Shown one piece after another: positions 8,352 to 17,216 of a stretch of 64,000 bases of DNA; position 1 is the first letter of the stretch, and each line of letters opens with the position of its first letter. The notes under the pieces are model-generated. The model was given only the letters and a program-made list of their open reading frames with translations, had not been told where the DNA came from and made no database searches. Origin of the DNA: Candidatus Ratteibacteria bacterium. Lineage in GTDB: Bacteria > Ratteibacteria > UBA8468 > B48-G9 > DTJG01. A program made the translations under genes and the position numbers. Location of the stretch: the NCBI GenBank assembly GCA_049971295.1, contig JBMFLH010000002.1, positions 15,240-79,239 of the forward strand, given 5' to 3'.

Positions 8352-10274
8352 ATGAACAAAAAGAGATTTCCTTATAGCCAGTTGCCTGAAAGTGAAATTA
8401 AAAGACTTCAGGAATTTAGTAATCTCTGTCGAAGGGATGTGCTTACAATGACAACCCTTGCAAAGTCAGGACATCCAGGTGGTTCAATGTCTGCTATGGA
8501 AATTTACAATGTTGTTTTTCATTATGCAGCAGTCAACCCTGACGCAGTAGATGACCCTGAGAGAGATAAAATCATTATCAGTTTTGGTCATACTTCTCCT
8601 GGTGTATATGCTGTGTTAGGAAGGATTGGTTTTTTTGATCTTGATACAGCCATTGCCTCTTTCAGACAAACAGGTAGTATTTTTGAAGGGCACATTGTAA
8701 GAAAAGTGCCGGGAATTGAATGGGGTACAGGTAATCTGGGACAGGGCCTATCTGCTGGTTGTGGTTTTGCTCTGATTGATAAAATAAAAAATCGTGATGC
8801 TTTTACATTTGTGTTGATGAGTGATGGTGAACAGACAAAGGGCCAGGTGGGCGAGGCTCGTCGTTTTGCAATCAAATACAAACTTAATAATCTCAGAGTC
8901 ATAATTGATTATAACAGAATCCAGATCAGCGGTTGCATTTTTGACATTATGCCCAACAACATTAAAGAAAACTATCTTGCTGATGGATGGGAAGTAATGG
9001 AGACCGATGGTCATGATATAGCAGGTCTTTATGACACGGTGAGGAGAAGTTTAGAAATTGATAAACCTGTTTGTATCATTGCCAGCACAGTGATTGGAAA
9101 AGGTGTTTCTTTTATGGAAGGTAAATGTGCTTATCATGGCAAGACCCTTGGAGAGGAAGAATATGATAAGGCAGTTAAAGAATTGGGTTTAGAAGGAGAA
9201 CTGGAAAAATATAAAGAAATGAGAAAGAAAAAAAAGTATTCATTTCCTGAAAGAAAATTTGATATACCAATTTCGATCAACATGGGTGCCCCGCGTACAT
9301 ATGAATCAGGTACAAAAATCGATAACAGGACCGCATTTGGAAATGCGCTTCTGGACCTTGGTATCGTGAACGAAGATAACAAGGAAAATCCTATTATTGT
9401 CTTTGATTGCGACCTTGCGAGTTCCGTAAAAACAGATTTATTCGCAAAGCGATTTCCTGAAAGATTTTTTCAATGCGGTGTTCAGGAGCATCACGCAGCG
9501 ACTGTATCCGGAGCTGCTTCTGTTGAGGGCGCTATCAGTTTTTTTGCAGATTTTGGAGTTTTCGGAGTGGATGAAACCTACAATCAGCACAGATTGAATG
9601 ACCAGAATTATACAAACTTAAAGATCGTGTGTACACATCTTGGGCTTGACGTGGGAGAAGATGGAAAAACTCATCAGTGTATTGATTATGTGGGACTATT
9701 CAGAAATGTTTTTGGAATAAAACTTATTATACCTGCAGATGCCAATCAGACCGATAGAGTGATAAGGTATGTTGCGGTAAAGTCCGGGAATTATTTTGTT
9801 GGGATGGGCCGGTCCCATACGCCGGTTATAACAACCCCTGACGGAAAACCATTTTTTGGAGAAAACTACATATTTGAATACGGCAAAGCAGATGTATTAA
9901 GAGATGGGAAAGATGGTTTCATTTATACAATGGGCGCTCTGGTACCAAGAGCAGTTACAATTTCTGACCGGCTCAGGCAGGATGGAATCAGTATTGGTGT
10001 TATAAATTGTTCATGTCCTGTTGAAATTGATAAGGACGCATTGGAACTCGGCATCAAAACAGGTTTGATAATATCATACGAAGACCATGTAGTTGATTCA
10101 GGACTTGGTATGACAATTGCGGCATATATCGCTGAAAAACAAATTGGCGTGAAATTCCACAGGTTTGGTATCAGAAAATATGGTAGTTCAGGAACACCTG
10201 ATGAACTTTATGCAGAACATGGACTTGACCCTGAAACAATGATATCGTTTATCAAAAACATTATTAAAAGATAA
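8352..10274 (+). CDS. tkt: Transketolase, full-length single polypeptide
   Basis: Motifs SGHPGGSMS, ISFGHTSPGVYAVLG, GNLGQGLSAGCGFA and MSDGEQTKGQ correspond to TktA ThDP-binding motifs. RBS AAAGGAG. Confidence 0.8.
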   Translation: MNKKRFPYSQLPESEIKRLQEFSNLCRRDVLTMTTLAKSGHPGGSMSAMEIYNVVFHYAAVNPDAVDDPERDKIIISFGHTSPGVYAVLGRIGFFDLDTAIASFRQTGSIFEGHIVRKVPGIEWGTGNLGQGLSAGCGFALIDKIKNRDAFTFVLMSDGEQTKGQVGEARRFAIKYKLNNLRVIIDYNRIQISGCIFDIMPNNIKENYLADGWEVMETDGHDIAGLYDTVRRSLEIDKPVCIIASTVIGKGVSFMEGKCAYHGKTLGEEEYDKAVKELGLEGELEKYKEMRKKKKYSFPERKFDIPISINMGAPRTYESGTKIDNRTAFGNALLDLGIVNEDNKENPIIVFDCDLASSVKTDLFAKRFPERFFQCGVQEHHAATVSGAASVEGAISFFADFGVFGVDETYNQHRLNDQNYTNLKIVCTHLGLDVGEDGKTHQCIDYVGLFRNVFGIKLIIPADANQTDRVIRYVAVKSGNYFVGMGRSHTPVITTPDGKPFFGENYIFEYGKADVLRDGKDGFIYTMGALVPRAVTISDRLRQDGISIGVINCSCPVEIDKDALELGIKTGLIISYEDHVVDSGLGMTIAAYIAEKQIGVKFHRFGIRKYGSSGTPDELYAEHGLDPETMISFIKNIIKR

Positions 10275-10286
10275 CAGGGGGTTAAA

Positions 10287-10490
10287 ATGAAATGTATTAA
10301 TAAAGACACCAATCTAAAAAATTGCAGTTGCACATATGTTTCATGTGGCAAACGTGGTATGTGTTGTGAATGCGTTGCCTATCACAGAGACAATGGTGAA
10401 ATTCCGGGTTGTTTTTTTCCGCCTGAAGCAGAAAGAGGTTATGATAGGTCAATAAAAAATTTTATCAATGCATGGAATAGAAAAGTGTAA
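10287..10490 (+). CDS. Small (67 aa) cysteine-rich protein of unknown function; 9 Cys, likely metal-binding
   Basis: Strong AGGGGG RBS 8 nt before the ATG, placed directly after tkt in the same operon. Cys pattern CSCTYVSCGKRGMCCECVAYH...GC. Confidence 0.5.
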   Translation: MKCINKDTNLKNCSCTYVSCGKRGMCCECVAYHRDNGEIPGCFFPPEAERGYDRSIKNFINAWNRKV

Positions 10491-10497
10491 ATCATTG

Positions 10498-11424
10498 CTA
10501 ATACCATAGCCAGAGGTATCTCCATCGTTTGCTATAGAGTGTTGCGACATCTGGTTTTCTTATAATTATGAGTGTTTCGATATTTCTCCTTGCTGATTCT
10601 GTGTAATTGAACGAGCCAGTTAACACAATTTTCTCATCAATAATCGTGAACTTATCATGAATATTTTCCACGAAACAATCTTTTTTTATATGGAAAAAGT
10701 GAAATCTTTTCAGAAAATCGTATTCGTTTGATGCTGGATTTTGGGAACCTTCAAAAATTCCATAGACCTGGGTACCTTTCAGTCCCACTTTGCAAATTTC
10801 TTCTGCAATTGAATCAGAGGTAAATGAAAACATTGCGAATTTTACATTTTTTTCAGCCCTGCCTATTTCATTTCTTATAATTTGAGCACAATCAGTCGCA
10901 GGGGAAAAATATATTTCAACAGTTTGATCTTTATAAGTTTTGCAATCCATTGAACCATTCCACAAAAGCAAAAAATTTTTCGTAAAAAACTTTCCTATAT
11001 TTTCATTATCAAAAAATACAATATTATTTGAGTCCCACATCAGGGACGATTCACTAAAATTGGCAGAACCAGCAAATACATATCTTTCATCAATCACGAT
11101 GAATTTTGCGTGCAAATGGCAGGATTTTTTATCCCATCGTTTTATTTTTGTTTGTAATGATTTGAAAGAAGCATTTGCCGGTGGAAATTGCAACAGTATT
11201 TTTACGTCAATCCCTCTTTTAGAAAGTTTTTCAAGGATTTCAAGACCTTCGCTCCATCCGAATGTATAAGTCGAGACATAAACTAATTTTTTTGCCTGCA
11301 ATAATCTATTTATGATTAATCTATCAACTTTTTGGGAAGGAGAAAAATATACTTTCACATCTGAAAAACAGGCGATGGTATGCAATAACAACAGGAGAAG
11401 GGAAAATTGACTGAATTTTTTCAT
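10498..11424 (-). CDS. Secreted phospholipase D-family protein with two HKD motifs (PLD/Nuc-like)
   Basis: N-terminal signal peptide MKKFSQFSLLLLLLHTIACFS. HKD motifs HAKFIVIDERYVFAGSANFS and HDKFTIIDEKIVLTGSFNYT. Confidence 0.7.
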   Translation of the reverse strand: MKKFSQFSLLLLLLHTIACFSDVKVYFSPSQKVDRLIINRLLQAKKLVYVSTYTFGWSEGLEILEKLSKRGIDVKILLQFPPANASFKSLQTKIKRWDKKSCHLHAKFIVIDERYVFAGSANFSESSLMWDSNNIVFFDNENIGKFFTKNFLLLWNGSMDCKTYKDQTVEIYFSPATDCAQIIRNEIGRAEKNVKFAMFSFTSDSIAEEICKVGLKGTQVYGIFEGSQNPASNEYDFLKRFHFFHIKKDCFVENIHDKFTIIDEKIVLTGSFNYTESARRNIETLIIIRKPDVATLYSKRWRYLWLWY

Positions 11425-11501
11425 GAAGAAATTTTAATGTTTCCGTGATATTTTTTCAATACATACGATTTCCATAAATTGACAAACTGAAGTAAAATAT
11501 A

Positions 11502-12578
11502 ATGAAACTTATCAACTGGGAGGAAATTTTGAAAGCCGCTATATTCCATGGTCCAGAAAAAATTACTGTAGAAAATTGGGAATCGCCAGTGTGCGCCGAG
11601 GATGAGATTTTGATGAAAGTAAATTATTGCGCAATATGCGGTACTGATGTTAGAACCTTTTTCCACGGACACAAGAAGGTGATTCCTCCTGCTATTATCG
11701 GGCATGAAATCACAGGAGAGGTTGTTGAAATCGGGAAAGATGTAAAAACAAATTTGAAAATTGGTGATAGAATCACGCCAGTTACTTCCATTGGTTGCGG
11801 TGCGTGCCGATTATGTCAGAAAGGACTTTATAATTTGTGTCCTGATACAAAGGCGCTTGGTTATTACTGGGCTGGAGGATTTGCTGAATATATGATTATT
11901 CCAGCGCCTGCTGTAAAACAGAGTGCCTGGGTACTTTTGCCTGAAAATGTTTCTCTGCTTGAAGGAGCACTTGTTGAACCTCTTTCCTGTGTCATCAATG
12001 CTCAAAATTATCTGAACATACAGGATGGAGATACAGTTGTGATTTATGGTGGAGGCCCCATTGGATTCATGCATGCCGTTATGGCTCAGGCGTCAGGAGC
12101 AGAAACTCTTATTATGATTGACCCTGCCTTTGATCGTCTTAAAAAATTTGCAACGAACTTTAACAATATGATTTTGATAGATCCAAATACTGAAAATACT
12201 GTTTCAAAAATCAAAGATATTACCAGAAATTTTGGTGCGGATGTGATTATTACAGCCTGTCCTGCAAAGAAGGCGCAGATTGAGGCGTTTTCTATCGCGG
12301 CGCCGCATAGTAGAATCAGCTTTTTTGGAGGGCTTCCAAAAGATGATTCAATGATTACAATTGACAGCAATCTGATTCATTATTTGGAAATTTCAGTTTT
12401 TGGTGCATTTGCATCAAATAGAAAGGATTATCAGAAGGCAGTGGATTTAATATCTTTGAGGAAAATAGACCCATCAAAATTTATTACTGAAGTTATTTCT
12501 CTTGAAGAGATTGAAAAAGGGATTCGTCTTGTGAAAAGTGGCAGTGTATTAAAGGTTGTTGTGAAGGTACAGGAGTAA
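11502..12578 (+). CDS. Zinc-dependent alcohol/polyol dehydrogenase (MDR family, sorbitol/threonine dehydrogenase-like)
   Basis: CAICGTDV and GHEITGEVVEIG zinc-binding motifs, a structural-zinc Cys cluster CGACRLCQKGLYNLC, and a GGGPIG NAD motif. Confidence 0.8.
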   Translation: MKLINWEEILKAAIFHGPEKITVENWESPVCAEDEILMKVNYCAICGTDVRTFFHGHKKVIPPAIIGHEITGEVVEIGKDVKTNLKIGDRITPVTSIGCGACRLCQKGLYNLCPDTKALGYYWAGGFAEYMIIPAPAVKQSAWVLLPENVSLLEGALVEPLSCVINAQNYLNIQDGDTVVIYGGGPIGFMHAVMAQASGAETLIMIDPAFDRLKKFATNFNNMILIDPNTENTVSKIKDITRNFGADVIITACPAKKAQIEAFSIAAPHSRISFFGGLPKDDSMITIDSNLIHYLEISVFGAFASNRKDYQKAVDLISLRKIDPSKFITEVISLEEIEKGIRLVKSGSVLKVVVKVQE

Positions 12579-12581
12579 ATT

Positions 12582-13373
12582 ATGAAATCAGAGGTTTTGA
12601 AAGACAGAATTACGATTATCACAGGAGCTGGAAGGGGTCTTGGAGAGGCATTGAGTTATGGATTTGCAGAAGAGGGCGCAATCATATGCCCATGGGACAT
12701 TGACGAAAACAATCTTGACAGGGTTGCAGAGGAATTGAAAAAACTTAACAGGTATGGAAAAAAGGCAAAACTTGATATTACTGACGAAGGTCAAGTGAGA
12801 AAGGAAATCGAAGCGATTGAATCAGAATTCGGGAAAATTGATATTTTAATCGCAAATGCAGGCATTCTGAGATCTTATGAAATTACAGATTTTCCGGAAG
12901 ACGACTGGAGAAAAATCATTGAGGTAAATCTAACCGGATATTTTATCTGCGCAAAATATGTCGCAAGGGTGATGAAGAAACAACGCAGCGGAGTGATTAT
13001 TCAAATTAACTCAAAGTCAGGTAAAAAAGGAAGTTACTGGAATTGCGCGTATGCAGCAAGCAAATTTGGTGGTATTGGTCTTACACAGAGTATCGCTCTT
13101 GACCTTGCGCCGTTTAATATCAGAGTTAATGCGATATGTCCGGGAAATATTCTTGAAAGCCCTTTGTGGCAGACAAGTTTGTTCCAGCAGTATGCAAAAA
13201 AGTGGGGCATTTCAATAGAGGAAGTTAAGAAGAAATATATTGATCAGGTACCTCTCGGTAGACCGTGCACATACAGAGATGTTATTAATGTAGCTGTTTT
13301 TCTTGCGAGTGATTATGCCAGTTACATGACAGGTCAGGCAATTAATGTGACTGGTGGCCAGGAAATGAGATGA
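12582..13373 (+). CDS. SDR-family dehydrogenase, sorbitol-6-phosphate 2-dehydrogenase (SrlD)-like
   Basis: TGAGRGLG motif. The C-terminal half (IQINSKSGKKGS...YAASKFGGIGLTQSIALDLAP...YIDQVPLGR...INVTGGQ) closely resembles E. coli SrlD as recalled from memory. Confidence 0.6.
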   Translation: MKSEVLKDRITIITGAGRGLGEALSYGFAEEGAIICPWDIDENNLDRVAEELKKLNRYGKKAKLDITDEGQVRKEIEAIESEFGKIDILIANAGILRSYEITDFPEDDWRKIIEVNLTGYFICAKYVARVMKKQRSGVIIQINSKSGKKGSYWNCAYAASKFGGIGLTQSIALDLAPFNIRVNAICPGNILESPLWQTSLFQQYAKKWGISIEEVKKKYIDQVPLGRPCTYRDVINVAVFLASDYASYMTGQAINVTGGQEMR

Positions 13374-14488
13374 AACCATCCAGGGATGAGATTTTCCTGA
13401 AAAAATGTCTTTCTCTTGCAAAAAATGGGCTGGGTCTGGTCAGCCCAAATCCAATGGTTGGCGCTGTTGTTGTAAGAGGAAATCATATCGTTGGACAGGG
13501 CTGGCACAAAGCATATGGGCTACCTCATGCAGAAGTGGAAGCATTGAAAATGGCAGGTTCAAGGGCAAAAAATGCTACAATTTATGTAAATCTTGAACCT
13601 TGCTGTCATTATGGAAAAACCCCTCCTTGTACTGAGGCAATCATCAAGTCAGGTATAAAAAAGGTTGTTTTCTGCACCATTGACCCTAATCCTTTTGTAA
13701 ACGGGAAAAGTGTTGTCGTGCTGAAAAATCATGGAATTGAAGTGAGACATGGATTACTGGAAAGTCAGGCCATGCAATTAAACGAAGCGTATTTTACATA
13801 TATGAAAATGAAAAGACCTTTTATTGCCCTGAAGTGGGCAATGAGTATCGATGGCAAGATCGCAGATGCATCTGGTAATTCAAAATGGATTACACGTGAA
13901 GATGCAAGAACATTTAATAAAAATCTGAGATTTGAATATGATGCAATAATGGTTGGAGTAGAAACTGTTATCAAGGATGACCCTGGACTTAATTATTCTG
14001 TTCCCTATGGAGTGGGAAAATCTCTTTTGAAAAACAAACGTTATACAAAGGTTATTCTTGACACATCTGTTAGATGTCCAAGCGATGCGAAAGTTTTCTT
14101 AAACGCTTCTGACAGGGTGATTGTTTTTACGGCCAGAGATACAAAACCATCACGGATAAAATACCCGGAAAATGTTGAATTTGTTGAAGTTGATAAAAAT
14201 TCTGCCGGATTTCTTGATATTCAGCAAGTAATTCAAAATTTGTATGAAAGGGGCATTGGAAAATTATTTGTTGAGGGCGGTACAAAGGTTTTGACATCCT
14301 TTTATGATTACGAACTCTTTGATAAAATTTATGTATTCGTTGGGGGGAAAATCATTGGTGGAGATGCTGTATATGTTCCGCTGAAAGGCAAAATCATACC
14401 GATGACAATGTCAAACATTGAACTTAAAGAGGTCGTTAGGTTTTCTAACGATGTATTGATTGTTCTGGAAAAATGTTCTCAGGAATAG
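13370..14488 (+). CDS. ribD: Bifunctional riboflavin-biosynthesis deaminase/reductase RibD
   Basis: CMP/dCMP deaminase motif HAEVEAL...EPCCHYGKTPPC plus a C-terminal RibD reductase domain. ATGA overlap with the upstream gene. Confidence 0.85.
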   Translation: MKPSRDEIFLKKCLSLAKNGLGLVSPNPMVGAVVVRGNHIVGQGWHKAYGLPHAEVEALKMAGSRAKNATIYVNLEPCCHYGKTPPCTEAIIKSGIKKVVFCTIDPNPFVNGKSVVVLKNHGIEVRHGLLESQAMQLNEAYFTYMKMKRPFIALKWAMSIDGKIADASGNSKWITREDARTFNKNLRFEYDAIMVGVETVIKDDPGLNYSVPYGVGKSLLKNKRYTKVILDTSVRCPSDAKVFLNASDRVIVFTARDTKPSRIKYPENVEFVEVDKNSAGFLDIQQVIQNLYERGIGKLFVEGGTKVLTSFYDYELFDKIYVFVGGKIIGGDAVYVPLKGKIIPMTMSNIELKEVVRFSNDVLIVLEKCSQE

Positions 14489-15096
14489 TTGAAGAAACAG
14501 GTGTTGTTATTGAAAAAAAACCGCTTGGACAGTCATCTGTTATTGGTATCAGTGCCATAAAAGTTTTTGATGATTTGCAACAAGGAGACAGTATCAGTGT
14601 GGATGGCGTGTGTTTGACTGTTGAAAAAATCACTCAACGTATATTTTATGCAACAATCTCCTATGAAACAATGAAATTGACAACCCTCGGGCACATCAGA
14701 ACCGGAGCAAGAGTTAATCTTGAACGGGCATTGAAATACGGTGGCAGGGTAGGGGGACATTTTCTTTCAGGACATATTGATTTTACTGGCACGCTTTCAG
14801 AAAAAAAAGTTGAAAAAGACCACTGTGTTATCAGGATACAGATACCTGCTTCTTTTATAAAATACTTTGTTCGAAAATGTTCTGTGGGAATTGATGGGAT
14901 TTCTCTCACTGTGGCAGATATCGCGGGCAATCAAATTATCGTATGGCTAATTCCATACACAGTTGAGAATACCACAATTAGGGATAAACGTGTGGGAGAT
15001 AAGGTGAATGTAGAAACGGATATTATTGTGAAATCTGCAATGGAAGACAGAACATACAGGGAAAAATATGAAATCAGCAAGGAAGCAATTTTCTGA
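14473..15096 (+). CDS. ribE: Riboflavin synthase alpha subunit
   Basis: N-terminus MFSGIVEETG and a duplicated lumazine-binding repeat. Confidence 0.85.
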   Translation: MFSGIVEETGVVIEKKPLGQSSVIGISAIKVFDDLQQGDSISVDGVCLTVEKITQRIFYATISYETMKLTTLGHIRTGARVNLERALKYGGRVGGHFLSGHIDFTGTLSEKKVEKDHCVIRIQIPASFIKYFVRKCSVGIDGISLTVADIAGNQIIVWLIPYTVENTTIRDKRVGDKVNVETDIIVKSAMEDRTYREKYEISKEAIF

Positions 15097-16324
15097 AATC
15101 AGCACTGTGGAAAAGGCAATAGAGGATTTGAAAAATGGAAAATTTATCATTGTTGTTGATGATGCAAAAAGAGAAAATGAAGGAGATTTGATCTGTTCTG
15201 CTCAAAAGGTCACCCCTCAGCACATTAATTTTATGGCTAAACATGCCAGGGGATTGATATGTGTGGCATTAACCCAGGAAAGAATAAGAGAGTTAGACCT
15301 ATCTCCGATGGTTGAGGATAATACAGCGCTTCATCAAACCGGTTTTACAGTTTCTGTTGATGCAAAAAAAGGAGTGACAACAGGAATTTCGGCGTATGAT
15401 AGAGCCAGGACGATAAAACTTTTGATCAATCCTGCCACAAAGCCAGAAGACCTTGCAAGACCAGGGCATGTGTTTCCCATTCAGGCAAAACAGGGAGGCG
15501 TACTTGTTCGTGCCGGGCATACTGAAGCAGCAGTTGATCTTGCAAGAATGGCAGGACACTATCCTGCAGGTGTAATATGCGAAATCATGGCAGACGATGG
15601 TTCCATGGCACGAATGCCAGAACTGATGAAATTCGCGAAAAAACATAATCTGAAAATCATTACGATTGCGGATTTAATAAAGTTCAGGAAGATGAGGGAA
15701 AAACTCATTGAAAGGGTTTTATCTGTTGAGTTGCCAACAAAATTTGGAACTTTTGACCTTTATCTTTACAGAGATAAAATTGAAAACAATAATCACCTGG
15801 CTCTGGTAAAGAAACTGCCTGATAATAAAAAATTACCTCTGGTCAGGGTTCACTCCCAGTGCCTCACTGGAGACATTTTTCATTCTTTTCGATGTGATTG
15901 TGGGGAGCAATTGCACAAAAGTCTTGAAATGATTTCCCAGCAGGGAGGTGCGCTGATATATTTGCCCCAGGAAGGCAGGGGAATAGGACTTGCAGATAAA
16001 CTGAGGGCGTATAAACTTCAGTCAGAGAAAAATCTTGATACTGTTGAGGCAAATCTTTATCTTGGTTACCCGGATGATTTGAGGGATTATGGCATTGGCG
16101 CTCAGATTCTTCTTGATTTGGGATTGACCAACATTCGGCTCCTGACCAATAATCCCAGAAAAATCATTGGTCTTGAGGGTTATGGAATACGTATCATTGA
16201 ACGGGTGCCCATCGAGGTGCCGCCAAATCCTCATTCTGCTAAATATCTTGAAACAAAAAAATTGAAAATGAAACATTTGATTGGAAATATAAGTTTATTT
16301 CACAACAAAGGGAGGAAAAAATGA
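15068..16324 (+). CDS. ribBA: Bifunctional 3,4-dihydroxy-2-butanone-4-phosphate synthase / GTP cyclohydrolase II
   Basis: DHBP synthase N-domain ([13 protein letters not shown]) and GTP cyclohydrolase II C-domain (CDCG...QEGRGIGL). Confidence 0.9.
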   Translation: MKSARKQFSEISTVEKAIEDLKNGKFIIVVDDAKRENEGDLICSAQKVTPQHINFMAKHARGLICVALTQERIRELDLSPMVEDNTALHQTGFTVSVDAKKGVTTGISAYDRARTIKLLINPATKPEDLARPGHVFPIQAKQGGVLVRAGHTEAAVDLARMAGHYPAGVICEIMADDGSMARMPELMKFAKKHNLKIITIADLIKFRKMREKLIERVLSVELPTKFGTFDLYLYRDKIENNNHLALVKKLPDNKKLPLVRVHSQCLTGDIFHSFRCDCGEQLHKSLEMISQQGGALIYLPQEGRGIGLADKLRAYKLQSEKNLDTVEANLYLGYPDDLRDYGIGAQILLDLGLTNIRLLTNNPRKIIGLEGYGIRIIERVPIEVPPNPHSAKYLETKKLKMKHLIGNISLFHNKGRKK

Positions 16325-16785
16325 AAATTTTTGAAGGACATCTTTCTGCAGAAGGAAAACGTTTTGGAATCGTGGTAAGCAGGTTTAATGAATTTTTGAC
16401 AAAAAATCTTCTCGATGGTGCGCTGGATTGTCTTAAAAGACACGGTGCATCAGAAGAAAGTATTGATATTGTATGGGTACCGGGTTCTTTTGAGATTGGT
16501 TTTGCAGCAAGAAAAATGGCATCTTTGAAAAAGTATCATGCTTTGATATGTCTTGGAGTGATTATTCGTGGAGCAACACCGCATTTTGAATATGTGGCAG
16601 GACAGGTAACAAGAATATTAGGTCAGATTAATAGTGAGGGAATTGTCCCAGTCACTTATGGGATTATCATCGCAGACAGTCTTGAACAGGCGACAGAAAG
16701 AGTCGGAACAAAAATGGGAAATAAGGGCTGGCACGCTGCACTTTCAGCCATTGAAATGGCAAATGTTAATGATTTACTGAAATGA
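16321..16785 (+). CDS. ribH: 6,7-dimethyl-8-ribityllumazine synthase
   Basis: RFGIVVSRFNEF, VWVPGSFEIGFAARK and ICLGVIIRGATPHFEYV. Confidence 0.9.
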   Translation: MKIFEGHLSAEGKRFGIVVSRFNEFLTKNLLDGALDCLKRHGASEESIDIVWVPGSFEIGFAARKMASLKKYHALICLGVIIRGATPHFEYVAGQVTRILGQINSEGIVPVTYGIIIADSLEQATERVGTKMGNKGWHAALSAIEMANVNDLLK

Positions 16786-17216
16786 AAAAGACACTTCGGA
16801 GTGCAAGAGTTGCTGCCTTAAAGGCCTGTTATCAACTTGATATTCAAAATTCAATGGTTGAAGAAAAGGTTGCTGATGTGCTGAAAGATGAAGAAACAAA
16901 CCAGCAAATTTATCGACTTGCCAGGGCGATTGTAGTGGGAGTGATAAAAAATTTGCGATTCATTGATGGATTGCTTGCAAAATACTGTAGAAACTGGGAT
17001 ATTTCGAGGTTGAGTTATATTGACCGTAACATTTTAAGAATTGCTGTGTATGAAATAGCTTTTGTTCCTGAAGTCCCTGATGTTGTAGCAATCAATGAGG
17101 CGATTGAAATTTCTAAAATTTATAGTTCTCCGGAGGCCGGGAAATTTATCAATGGAGTCCTTGATAGTATAAGAAAGGAACTTGTTTCCATCAGAACCCA
17201 ACAAAGCGCTGGTTGA
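16782..17216 (+). CDS. nusB: Transcription antitermination factor NusB
   Basis: NusB-like ARVAALKACYQLD...NWDISRLSYIDRNILRIAVYE pattern and the conserved ribH-nusB arrangement. Confidence 0.8.
   Translation: MKKTLRSARVAALKACYQLDIQNSMVEEKVADVLKDEETNQQIYRLARAIVVGVIKNLRFIDGLLAKYCRNWDISRLSYIDRNILRIAVYEIAFVPEVPDVVAINEAIEISKIYSSPEAGKFINGVLDSIRKELVSIRTQQSAG

Noticed and set aside
10940-11269. Plus-strand 109-aa ORF inside the PLD gene
   Set aside because: It is fully antisense to a well-supported two-HKD PLD coding region, with no RBS.
11471-11504. TTGACA at 11479-11484 and TATAAT at 11497-11502 upstream of the Zn-dehydrogenase gene
   Set aside because: The spacing is only 12 nt, and the TATAAT overlaps the ATG start codon itself, so it is unlikely to be a functional sigma70 promoter as spaced. 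The true promoter is probably elsewhere in the 77-nt gap or upstream.
11425-13400. Looked for an FMN riboswitch ahead of the riboflavin operon
   Set aside because: ribD starts with an ATGA overlap on the upstream SDR gene, and the only upstream gap (11425-11501, 77 nt) is too short for an FMN element of about 140 nt. I saw no conserved FMN-box sequence.
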